DNA of 32,000 nt, from positions 1,950,001 to 1,982,000 of the forward strand of contig NZ_CP147990.1 of NCBI RefSeq assembly GCF_037902255.1. Direction: 5' to 3'. A program made the position numbers and the translations under genes. The notes below the pieces were generated by a model. It did not search any database and had not been told where the DNA came from. It saw only the letters and a program-made list of their open reading frames with translations. This DNA comes from Candidatus Electrothrix sp. GW3-4. GTDB lineage: Bacteria; Desulfobacterota; Desulfobulbia; Desulfobulbales; Desulfobulbaceae. Shown here piece by piece: positions 1-7,811 of this stretch; within the stretch, counting starts at the first letter, position 1; each line of letters opens with the position of its first letter.

Positions 1-2
1 TG

Positions 3-434
3 GAGCTTGGTTCCAAAGTGACCCTGCAGAAAGATGGCCACTTTACAGTTGAACCAGGTGGCCCTGAAAACGCCATACTCTTTATCAACAACAGAGCTGT
101 TGATAGCGGAACCATTACCGTTGGCCTGGCGTCCCTTATTAACGGAAGCTACGCGCCGTTTTGCGCCTTCAAGGCTGTTCCGCAGAAGCCACTACATATG
201 GCGCCCAACGATAAAATTTGCTTATTTGCAGTTCCTACAGTGACAAGAGCAGGCTCAGTTGCAGCCCAAGCTGTTACGGAGGGGGCATTATTCGAGCTTG
301 ATGCGCCGCATAACTGTTTACACCTGAAAATGAAACAGGAAGGAGATGGGTTCAACCCGGTATCCTGGGGTATGCCAGTTAGAGAGGTGCATCCAGGAGA
401 CCCACTGACCCAGTTAATGGATTGCCATCATTAA
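3..434 (+). CDS. hypothetical protein, probably 5'-partial at the window edge
   Basis: The frame is open from nt 3, with no stop before the GTG at 18 used by the ORF track. It ends at TAA 432-434, and a strong intrinsic terminator lies 65 nt downstream. The sequence looks beta-rich and globular, and I can assign no family motif. Confidence 0.55.
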   Translation, partial: ELGSKVTLQKDGHFTVEPGGPENAILFINNRAVDSGTITVGLASLINGSYAPFCAFKAVPQKPLHMAPNDKICLFAVPTVTRAGSVAAQAVTEGALFELDAPHNCLHLKMKQEGDGFNPVSWGMPVREVHPGDPLTQLMDCHH

Positions 435-498
435 CAGACACCCACTCTCGGCCTCCCGGGACTGACTGAGAAGACCTTTATACAGACAAAGGCAGCTG

Positions 499-540
499 AT
501 CGGGTTTTTCCTGTACAAGGAAAAACCCGATTTATTTTTT
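499..540 (+). terminator. rho-independent terminator
   Basis: A perfect 13-bp stem pairs ATCGGGTTTTTCC (499-511) with GGAAAAACCCGAT (519-531) around a 7-nt loop. TTATTTTTT follows at 532-540. Confidence 0.85.
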
Positions 541-651
541 CTCTTGCCCTTGCAAAAAAACGCATTTCTTGTCAAATATATCCGTTGCAGAAAATACTCA
601 GGCAAAACCTCACTATCTCCCCACCAATATTATCAGGTAATTTATCAGATA

Positions 652-969
652 ATGGAAAAAAAATACTGCCTTGTTATAACGTCCTACGCAGATGAAGAAA
701 ATGGCAAAAAAATCATTGACGCCCTCCTCACGGCACGCTTAGCGGCCTGTGTCCAGGTCATACCAATCCAGAGCTATTACCATTGGCAGGGAAAAAGAGC
801 CAGCGATGAAGAAAAACTCCTCCTCATCAAAACAAAATCCTCTCTGTACAGCAAAGTGCAGGAGGTTATTATTACTCATCACGCTTATGAACTCCCTGAG
901 GTCATTCAAGTGCCGATCTCAGCAGGTTCTGCTGGATATCTGCATTGGCTTGAAAAAGAATGCTGTTAA
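652..969 (+). CDS. cutA: divalent-cation tolerance protein CutA
   Basis: Starting at internal ATG 652 gives a 105-aa protein, MEKKYCLVITSYADEENGKKIIDALLTARLAACVQVIP...YHWQGK...ELPEVIQVPI..GSAGYLHWL. It is collinear with E. coli CutA motifs (KLAAC, YxWxGK, PE, YLxWL). The upstream part of ORF 544-969 looks non-coding. Confidence 0.85.
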   Translation: MEKKYCLVITSYADEENGKKIIDALLTARLAACVQVIPIQSYYHWQGKRASDEEKLLLIKTKSSLYSKVQEVIITHHAYELPEVIQVPISAGSAGYLHWLEKECC

Positions 970-1964
970 CCCTTCCTATGTCCTTTTTACTTGTTCTTTT
1001 TTTAGCCTGTCTTCTAGACCTTATTTTCGGAGACCCACGCTGGCTTCCCCACCCGGTCCGGCTTATCGGACGAGTTGCTCTATTGGCAGAATCTCTGACC
1101 AGAAAGCTGCCCGTAACCGCATATAAGAGTGGTAGATTGACTGTACTGATTGTACTATGCTGCACCGGAGGAGCCTGTCTTGGTCTTTTTTTCTTGTTAT
1201 CCTCCTCATCGCAGCCCTTGTTTATCTTGGGCGCGACCCTTGCTCTCTACACCACTCTTGCAGCCCGCGATCTGATCTTTCATGCCCGCCAGGTTGTTGA
1301 TGCACTCGCGCTTGATATGGAAACAGCCAGGAAACAGGTAGGTATGATTGTGGGAAGAGATACTGACCAGCTGGATACTGCAGGCATTGTTCGGGCCTGT
1401 GTGGAGAGCGTTGCAGAAAATATGTCAGATGGGATTATCGCACCATTATTTTGGTCGCTGATCGGTGCCGGGCTTGGTCAATCCTTGAGCGGGACTCCGA
1501 TTATCTGGGGGGTAACAGCTGCGATGCTCTATAAGGCCGTCAATACCATGGACTCCATATTCGGATATAAAAACACGCGCTACCTGCAATTCGGCTCCAG
1601 TGCAGCCCACCTTGATGATCTGGTCAACTTTCTCCCTGCCCGAATTTCAGGGATCTCTCTTGTTCTTGCATCCCTGCTCTGCCGTTGTGATATGAAAAAT
1701 AGTTTTCGGATTCTCCGAAGAGACCGGAAGCAGCACAGTAGCCCCAATGCGGGTTGGCCAGAGGCAGCTATGGCTGGCGCCTTGGGGATTCAGCTTGGCG
1801 GCGACTCCTCATATTTTGGCAAAATAACCCAAAAACCAACTATAGGCGATGCCCTTGTACGGCCAGTGACAACCCACATCTTCCAGGCAAACACGCTGAT
1901 TTTACTAGCATCATTACTCTGCCTTCTCTTTTTTAGCGCCCTCTATGCATTGTTTCTTTTTTAG
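960..1964 (+). CDS. cbiB: adenosylcobinamide-phosphate synthase CbiB/CobD
   Basis: The N-terminus LLDLIFGDPRWLPHPVRLIG matches the CbiB signature (GDPxxxPHPVRxIG), and the protein is a multi-TM type of typical length. ATG 960 overlaps the cutA end by 10 nt. An alternative start at ATG 978 is possible. Confidence 0.9.
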   Translation: MLLTLPMSFLLVLFLACLLDLIFGDPRWLPHPVRLIGRVALLAESLTRKLPVTAYKSGRLTVLIVLCCTGGACLGLFFLLSSSSQPLFILGATLALYTTLAARDLIFHARQVVDALALDMETARKQVGMIVGRDTDQLDTAGIVRACVESVAENMSDGIIAPLFWSLIGAGLGQSLSGTPIIWGVTAAMLYKAVNTMDSIFGYKNTRYLQFGSSAAHLDDLVNFLPARISGISLVLASLLCRCDMKNSFRILRRDRKQHSSPNAGWPEAAMAGALGIQLGGDSSYFGKITQKPTIGDALVRPVTTHIFQANTLILLASLLCLLFFSALYALFLF

Positions 1965-2093
1965 GAGTACTCAGTGAATCTTCACCACACCTGCTTGTAA
2001 TGTAGACTCTTTTCTGTTATAGTTATTTTGAAAAATTACCCTTAACAATCAGACTATTGGATACATAACCCCTTAAAGCTTGTAAAGCTTTAT

Positions 2094-2147
2094 ATGAAAG
2101 TACCGACGACTCCTTGGAGTCGTTCGATCAACTTTCATGTTTTGTTG
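2094..2147 (+). terminator. candidate long stem-loop with U-rich tail (terminator for cbiB or a leader element)
   Basis: An outer stem pairs ATGAAAGT (2094-2101) with ACTTTCAT (2131-2138). An inner stem pairs ACGACTC with GAGTCGT around loop CTTG. GTTTTGTTG follows at 2139-2147. The element sits about 130 nt after the cbiB stop. Confidence 0.35.
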
Positions 2148-2251
2148 CCCCTCCCAGTGGGGAGGGATGGGCGTTTATATGCTGAAGCATACTTAAGCAA
2201 TCCCGTCAACACAGGCTGATACAATGAAAAGGTACTCTTGTGGAGGACCGT

Positions 2252-2713
2252 ATGTATTTACATATTACCATCTTGGTTGCTGCTGTTTTTCATTGCGGCA
2301 TATTGCCTTTTTCAACGTCCCATGCCCTTGCTGAGCATATCGACACCAAAACAGCGAGGGACTATTGCACCATTCCCTTGCCAAACCCGGAACAACTCTC
2401 TGAAGATGAGAAAGAATGGTTTACTACCTTTCAGGAAGGGACCTTCTATGTTCAGGGATGGAAAGAAATTACCTCAGAAATTCTTGACAAAATAACGCAG
2501 GAAAACGAAAAGAAAAAGCTGCGCCGCTCTCTGGACCTTCTTGGCATACGAATAGGCTGTGAGTGGAGCAAGAGCAACGATATCAGAAAAATCAATACTG
2601 ATATGTTGGAACAATGGGGCTCTGAGCTGCAAAAAACCGCAGAGAAGAACCCGGATGAGCTACCGGTGGTGATTGCTGATATCCGCCAGAAGGTATTTAA
2701 CCTTGTAGAATAG
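2252..2713 (+). CDS. hypothetical secreted protein
   Basis: ATG 2252 is preceded by GGAGG (2242-2246), and the ORF track begins at an upstream GTG at 2240. The N-terminus MYLHITILVAAVFHCGILPFSTSHA/LAE looks like a Sec signal peptide, and the mature part is charged and helical. I recognised no family. Confidence 0.65.
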   Translation: MYLHITILVAAVFHCGILPFSTSHALAEHIDTKTARDYCTIPLPNPEQLSEDEKEWFTTFQEGTFYVQGWKEITSEILDKITQENEKKKLRRSLDLLGIRIGCEWSKSNDIRKINTDMLEQWGSELQKTAEKNPDELPVVIADIRQKVFNLVE

Positions 2714-3071
2714 CACCCTTCCAGCCCCTTTCTTTCCCTGGCCCTTTCTTTTGTAGCAGCTGCTCTCATTCTCAGTTTTTCTGTCATGGCAGTAGAGCGA
2801 TTATGTCGAGCCTGATGGTTGACCTGCACCAATCCTGAGCCAAATTATCTGTATCTATCTTGTCACCTTTCTGATTGGACTCGGAGGACTCCACCATTCC
2901 ATTGCCAGATCTGTTGAAATGTTTACGGCCCTGTTTATTTCCGATCATTTTACCTTGCTGCCGGGACTACGTTTTCTCGGCCTTGCCATGCTTGGCAACC
3001 TGATCGGAGGCAGTGTCTTTGTGGCTATCCTTAACTACGGCCATATTCGAACAACACAAGAAATTTCTTGA
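2714..3071 (+). pseudogene. remnant of a formate/nitrite transporter (FNT) family gene: C-terminal fragment, frameshifted, with no start codon
   Basis: Frame 3, nt 2823-3071, reads PAPILSQIICIYLVTFLIGLGGLHHSIARSVEMFTALF...LGLAMLGNLIGGSVFVAILNYGHIRTTQEIS*. This matches the FNT motifs G(F/L)(E/H)HS(I/V)A and LGNxxGGxxFV in the last two TM helices. There is no ATG at the head, and the frame is closed by TGA at 2820. A TM-like segment, FLSLALSFVAAALILSFSVMAVE, lies in a different frame at 2714-2815. Only about 115 of the roughly 270 expected residues remain. Confidence 0.55.
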
Positions 3072-3152
3072 ACTTTCTAAGCAAGGCGTCGTCTCCCAAA
3101 AGAGCCTTTGAGAGCCGCCTTCTCAAGGTAGCGCAACATGACGGAGAGAAAC

Positions 3153-3344
3153 ATGGCAGAAGTTATTATTGATACCTATCAGTGCAGCGGTTGTGAAACC
3201 TGCGTAGAAATATGCCCAGATGTCTTTTACATAGACGAAGTCACTGAAAAAGCAGGCTTAGTGAGTCCATCGCCATACATCACCGATGCTCTTCGTCAGG
3301 CAGCAGCCTTCTGCCCGGAGAAATGTATTGCAATTTTGGAATGA
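3153..3344 (+). CDS. ferredoxin (single-cluster type, Desulfovibrio gigas Fd-like)
   Basis: MAEVIIDTYQCSGCETCVEICPDVF...FCPEKCIAILE carries a CxxCxxC...CP motif plus a C-terminal CPxxC. The CVEICPDVF string matches D. gigas ferredoxin as I remember it. GGAGAG lies 4 nt upstream of ATG 3153. The ORF track starts 15 nt earlier, at 3138. Confidence 0.85.
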   Translation: MAEVIIDTYQCSGCETCVEICPDVFYIDEVTEKAGLVSPSPYITDALRQAAAFCPEKCIAILE

Positions 3345-3604
3345 CTTCCCGAGGTATTTTTGCCTATAATCTATCCATAATCTTTTTGCTAAGCTACTCC
3401 CACTAGGAGTGTGATCGACCTGTCCTCCTGGGGGGGACAAGAGAAAAGGCATTTCTCCCAAACTTGCTCAAGAATGCTGCCAACAGCGGGAAAGCAAGCC
3501 AAGCATGGTCTCCCTTATCCCCGGTCCAGCGGACCGAGATAACAAAAAATAACATGAAGTAAAAATGGCGGACCCATCGCCAACCATTCTCATACGCATA
3601 CAAT

Positions 3605-4693
3605 ATGAACTCATTAATATCCTTCATTTTGGTCCTTGGCGTTCTGATCTTTGTCCATGAGCTCGGGCATTTTCTTCTGGCCAAGCTCTTTGGAGTACGG
3701 GTGCTGAAATTCTCGCTGGGTTTTGGCAATAAGCTGATCGGTAAGAAATGGGGTGAAACCGAGTATCTGATTTCAGCCTTTCCGTTAGGCGGTTATGTGA
3801 AGATGTTCGGTGAACAACCCGATGAAGAGGTCACCACAGAAGAGCGGGCTGTTTCCTTTACCCACAAAACCGTGTGGCAACGTTTCGGTATTGTCCTTGC
3901 AGGGCCTCTCTTTAACCTGTTTTTTGCCGTGTTTCTTTTTTGGTTGATGTTTACTTTTGCCGGTTTGCCGGGTTTTGTCGAATCAGGCCTGGTCGGTAAG
4001 GTCTCCCCAGGATCAGTCGCTGAACAGGCAGGACTGCAAGACGGAGATCTCATTGTATCCATTGATGGCAAAGAGATCTCGACCTGGACCCAGATTTCCG
4101 AAGCAGTGCGAGATTCTGAAGGCAAGGAACTACAGATCGTGGTTCAACGAGATCAGGAAACCTTCACCATCGCAGCAACACCAGCTATGGACAAGGTGAA
4201 AAATCTCTTTGGCGAAGAAGTCGGTGAACGTTATCTTCTGGGAATAAGTCGCTCAGAAGAGCTGGAATACCAAAAAATTTCTCTCGTTAAAGCGATCAAG
4301 TACGCCTTTGTGCAGACTTGGAACCTCATCGGCCTGACCCTACTGGGGATCGTTAAAATTATTCAGCGGGTGGTACCTGCCTCTGAGCTGGGAGGACCGA
4401 TCCGTATTGCGGAACTGGCTGGCCAGCAATGGGAAGCAGGCTTGATGCAATTACTCCATTTCACCGGCTTGCTCTCAATAAATCTTGGCGTACTCAATCT
4501 CCTCCCCATTCCGGTGTTGGACGGCGGACATCTTGTCTTTCTCAGTATTGAGGCTGTTCGAGGAAAGCCCCTTACAGAACAGGCCATAATCTGGGCCCAA
4601 AAAATCGGTATTGCCCTGCTCGGTTCTTTGATGATCTTTGTCTTTTATAACGACATCGCCCGACTTGTTCGCCAATGGCTGGCTGCGTCCTGA
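3605..4693 (+). CDS. rseP: RIP metalloprotease RseP (site-2 protease, M50)
   Basis: The HELGHF zinc motif sits in the first TM helix. There is a central PDZ-like segment (GSVAEQAGLQDGDLIVSIDG) and a C-terminal NLLPIPVLDGGH motif. Confidence 0.93.
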   Translation: MNSLISFILVLGVLIFVHELGHFLLAKLFGVRVLKFSLGFGNKLIGKKWGETEYLISAFPLGGYVKMFGEQPDEEVTTEERAVSFTHKTVWQRFGIVLAGPLFNLFFAVFLFWLMFTFAGLPGFVESGLVGKVSPGSVAEQAGLQDGDLIVSIDGKEISTWTQISEAVRDSEGKELQIVVQRDQETFTIAATPAMDKVKNLFGEEVGERYLLGISRSEELEYQKISLVKAIKYAFVQTWNLIGLTLLGIVKIIQRVVPASELGGPIRIAELAGQQWEAGLMQLLHFTGLLSINLGVLNLLPIPVLDGGHLVFLSIEAVRGKPLTEQAIIWAQKIGIALLGSLMIFVFYNDIARLVRQWLAAS

Positions 4694-4730
4694 CCTACTC
4701 TTTGGAACCCGATGATACGGAATACGCACT

Positions 4731-5453
4731 ATGCCTGAAACACCCCTGCCCCTTATACTCTCCCTTGAAACCGCTACCGGTTGCGGCAGTGTTGCCCTGA
4801 CCAAGGGCGGGGTCAGAAACGGCAAGATCCTTGCCGAGGCCACGGCCCAACCAGAGATCACCCACTCAAGGCGCCTTCTTGGCTCTGTGGAGTGGGTTAT
4901 GCAGGCAGCTGGTATTGATTGGGATAAACTGGACGGAATTGCCATCAGTCTCGGTCCTGGCTCATTCACAGGATTACGAATCGGCATGGCAGCAGCCAAA
5001 GGCATTGTCTTGGCCAGCCAAAAGCCCCTTATCGGTGCGCAGACCCTGGATGCCATCGCCCTCTCCTGCCCGCTCATTGATCGCCCGCTCTGGTGTTTGC
5101 TTGATGCCCGAAAACAAGAGGTCTACGCAGCTTGCTATCAGGCTGGCCCCTCTGGCCTGCCTGAGCGATGCAGCTCGGTTGAGGCTCTTCTCCCAAAAAA
5201 TCTGCTTAAAAAGATCAATGGCCCAGCCCTCCTTGCTGGCCCTGGGGTGAAGGAATATCATGATCTCTTTGCCGCTCAGCAATTACTGCAACTTATCCCG
5301 CCAGCTCTAACGAGTCCCTGTGCGGCGAGAATAGGTTTTCTGGCTGCCGGGCAGCTCCTTTGTGGAGAAACCCTGGATCCGGCAACCATCGCTCCCATGT
5401 ATGTCCGGGCCTCGGAGGCAGAGGTGAATCTGCAAAAAAAGAACGGCTCTTAG
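4731..5453 (+). CDS. tsaB: tRNA t6A37 threonylcarbamoyltransferase complex subunit TsaB (YeaZ)
   Basis: The protein contains ILSLETATGCGSVAL and GIAISLGPGSFTGLRIG, which are typical TsaB/YeaZ motifs. At 240 aa it is the usual size. Confidence 0.88.
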   Translation: MPETPLPLILSLETATGCGSVALTKGGVRNGKILAEATAQPEITHSRRLLGSVEWVMQAAGIDWDKLDGIAISLGPGSFTGLRIGMAAAKGIVLASQKPLIGAQTLDAIALSCPLIDRPLWCLLDARKQEVYAACYQAGPSGLPERCSSVEALLPKNLLKKINGPALLAGPGVKEYHDLFAAQQLLQLIPPALTSPCAARIGFLAAGQLLCGETLDPATIAPMYVRASEAEVNLQKKNGS

Positions 5454-5505
5454 GACAAACACAACAACTCCTCCCCCTCATTCTTTTCGTTAACCAGAAC
5501 TTTTC

Positions 5506-6585
5506 ATGATTCAGCGCAAACAGACCAAAAAAATACTTATCGGCAATACCCCGGTGGGTGGAGATGCCCCGATCACGGTGCAATCCATGACCAACACCGA
5601 TACCCGTGATGCGGCAGCCACGGTGCGCCAGATCAAGGGATTGGAGGCAGCAGGCTGCGAGATTATTCGGGTGGCAGTGCCGGATATGGAGGCAGCGCAG
5701 GCAATTCAAAGTATCCGGGAACAGATCTCCATCCCCCTGATTGCCGATATCCATTTTGATTCCCGTTTAGCTGTAGCGGCTCTGGAACACGGGGCCCAGG
5801 CCATTCGCATCAATCCCGGTAACCTTGGTGGACCGGATAAACTGGCGCGGGTGGTGGATGCGGCGAAGCACCATAAGGCACCTATCCGGGTGGGAGTGAA
5901 TTCCGGATCTATTGAAAAGGATCTCTTGGCAAAATACGGTTATCCCACCCCGGAAAATTGTCGTTCCCTCATTGAAAGCGCATTAAATAACGTGGCCGCC
6001 ATAGAAAAGTTAGGCTACGAAGAACTCAAGATCTCCATTAAATCCTCTGATACCCTGACCACAGTTGCTGGCTATCGTGAATTATCCCGGCGTACGGACT
6101 ACCCCCTTCATGTGGGGGTGACCGAGGCAGGCGGCCTTATTGCCGGGACCGTGAAATCCAGCGTAGCATTAGGTATTCTGCTTTTTGAAGGCATCGGTGA
6201 TACCTTTCGTATTTCCCTGACCCGTGATCCCGTGGAAGAGGTTCGGGTGGGTTTTGAGCTCCTCCGCTCCCTGCGGATCCGGGAACGGGGCCCGGAGCTG
6301 ATCTCCTGCCCCACCTGTGGGCGCACTCGGATTGATCTCTTTTCGCTGGCTGAGGAGGTTGAACAGGTTCTGCAGACCATGCAGTCGAACCTCAAGGTGG
6401 CAGTGATGGGCTGCGTGGTCAATGGACCGGGTGAGGCTAAAGAGGCTGATATCGGTATTGCTGGCGGACACGGGACCGGGATTATTTTTAAGAAAGGCGA
6501 GGTCTTTAAAAAGCTACCTGAGGAGGAGTTATTGCCTACTTTCTTGGAAGAGCTGCGGCGGATGGATGCGGAGGCCCAGTTATGA
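5506..6585 (+). CDS. ispG: 4-hydroxy-3-methylbut-2-en-1-yl diphosphate synthase IspG (GcpE)
   Basis: Motifs include PITVQSMTNTDT, IRVAVP, ADIHFD and the cluster cysteines CPTCGR...GCVVNGPGE. The protein is 359 aa. Confidence 0.95.
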   Translation: MIQRKQTKKILIGNTPVGGDAPITVQSMTNTDTRDAAATVRQIKGLEAAGCEIIRVAVPDMEAAQAIQSIREQISIPLIADIHFDSRLAVAALEHGAQAIRINPGNLGGPDKLARVVDAAKHHKAPIRVGVNSGSIEKDLLAKYGYPTPENCRSLIESALNNVAAIEKLGYEELKISIKSSDTLTTVAGYRELSRRTDYPLHVGVTEAGGLIAGTVKSSVALGILLFEGIGDTFRISLTRDPVEEVRVGFELLRSLRIRERGPELISCPTCGRTRIDLFSLAEEVEQVLQTMQSNLKVAVMGCVVNGPGEAKEADIGIAGGHGTGIIFKKGEVFKKLPEEELLPTFLEELRRMDAEAQL

Positions 6586-7757
6586 TAACCATCGGTATCG
6601 AACACCTCATCGCAGATCCACCAGCCTCCTTTGCAGGCAAACGCCTCGCCCTGCTCTGCAATCAGGCCTCCACTGATCGCCACTTCCGCCACAGCCGCGA
6701 CCTGATTATGCAGGCCTTTCCTGGCCAACTGACCTGCCTGTTTTCCCCGCAACACGGTTTCTTTAGTGAAAAGCAGGATAATATGATCGAGTCCGATCAT
6801 GCCAAAGACACGACCAGCGGGGTACCGATTTTTTCCCTATATGGGGAGAAGAGGAAGCCCACTGCGGCCATGTTTGAGCATTTCGATATCCTGCTCATCG
6901 ACCTGCAGGATGTGGGAACCCGGGTGTATACCTTTATCTGGACCGTAGTCTACTGCCTCCAGCGAGCAGCAGAAACCGGCAAAAAGGTGGTGGTGCTGGA
7001 TCGCCCAAACCCGGTAGGCGGCCAACTTGTTGAGGGGAATCTGCTCAAGCCAAAGTTTCGTTCTTTTGTCGGCCTGTATGAAATCCCCATGCAGCACGGG
7101 CTCACGATGGGTGAACTGGCCCTTCTTTGTAACCGGGAAATGGGGATTGATGCCGAGCTTGAGATCATCAGGATGCAGGGTTGGCAGCGAGAGATGTTCT
7201 TTGTAGACACCGGTTTTCCCTGGGTCTTCCCCTCACCAAACATGCCCTCCCCACTTACGGCCCTTGTTTACCCCGGCCAAGTCATCTGGGAAGGAACCAA
7301 TATCTCAGAGGGACGGGGCACCACCCTCCCCTTTGAATTGGCAGGTGCCCCCTTTGTTAATCCTGCCCAGGTACTGGAACATCTCTCCAGAATTGACCTT
7401 CCAGGCTGTGTGCTCAGGCCCCTTGTCTTTGAACCAACCTCGGGCAAATGGGCCAACCAAGCCTGTGCAGGCTTTCATCTTCATGTTACAGAGCCCCCTG
7501 CCTTTCGCTCCTACCGCTTGAGTCTGGCCCTTTTTCAAGCCTTGTTCCACCTGTATCCTGGGGAATTCGCCTATAAACAACCGCCCTACGAATACGAGTA
7601 CGATCTCCTGCCCATGGATCTTATTTTTGGTGATCAAAAAGTACGTAACGCACTGGAGGAAGGTGAGAATATTATAGAGTTGGAGCGCTCCTGGCAGGCT
7701 GAACTGAAAGAGTTTGATGCCTTGCGTCACTCTGTTTTCCTTTACCCTGCCAACTAA
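6582..7757 (+). CDS. DUF1343 family protein (exo-beta-N-acetylmuramidase NamZ-like)
   Basis: The length and motifs resemble DUF1343/YbbC: GKRLALLCNQAS, DILLIDLQDVGTRVYT and LDRPNP. The start overlaps the ispG stop as ATGA (6582-6585). Confidence 0.75.
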   Translation: MITIGIEHLIADPPASFAGKRLALLCNQASTDRHFRHSRDLIMQAFPGQLTCLFSPQHGFFSEKQDNMIESDHAKDTTSGVPIFSLYGEKRKPTAAMFEHFDILLIDLQDVGTRVYTFIWTVVYCLQRAAETGKKVVVLDRPNPVGGQLVEGNLLKPKFRSFVGLYEIPMQHGLTMGELALLCNREMGIDAELEIIRMQGWQREMFFVDTGFPWVFPSPNMPSPLTALVYPGQVIWEGTNISEGRGTTLPFELAGAPFVNPAQVLEHLSRIDLPGCVLRPLVFEPTSGKWANQACAGFHLHVTEPPAFRSYRLSLALFQALFHLYPGEFAYKQPPYEYEYDLLPMDLIFGDQKVRNALEEGENIIELERSWQAELKEFDALRHSVFLYPAN

Positions 7758-7811
7758 ATACGCTATGCTCATCTGCATCCAGCTATTCTCCTCAATCAAA
7801 AAAGAAAATAT

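Noticed and set aside
2101-2131. tRNA-like GTTCGAT string
   Set aside because: The flanking sequence does not form a T-arm or a cloverleaf. The local hairpin has a 4-nt loop and no acceptor stem.
435-2239. Cobalamin riboswitch near cbiB
   Set aside because: I found no B12-box-like sequence either in the 435-651 leader upstream of cutA-cbiB or in 1965-2239. The latter region also lies downstream of cbiB.
2820-2822. In-frame TGA ahead of the FNT-like frame, considered as a possible selenocysteine codon
   Set aside because: The same frame carries further stops just upstream (TAG at 2793, 2754 and 2706), and no continuous upstream coding sequence exists. Gene decay explains this better than recoding.
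2452-2832. 126-aa minus-strand ORF
   Set aside because: It is antisense to the 3' end of the secreted-protein gene and to the pseudogene region. It has no RBS and a low-complexity Ser/Arg-rich sequence.
3403-3729. 108-aa minus-strand ORF in the ferredoxin-rseP gap
   Set aside because: It overlaps the well-supported rseP start, has no RBS and has an odd Trp/Arg/Phe-rich composition.
4475-6800. Minus-strand ORFs of 200 aa (4475-5077), 153 aa (5293-5754) and 230 aa (6108-6800)
   Set aside because: They are antisense to rseP/tsaB, to the tsaB-ispG junction (the tsaB 3' end and ispG 5' end) and to ispG/DUF1343, all of which have strong family motifs. The antisense ORFs are Arg/Ser/Pro-rich and have no RBS.
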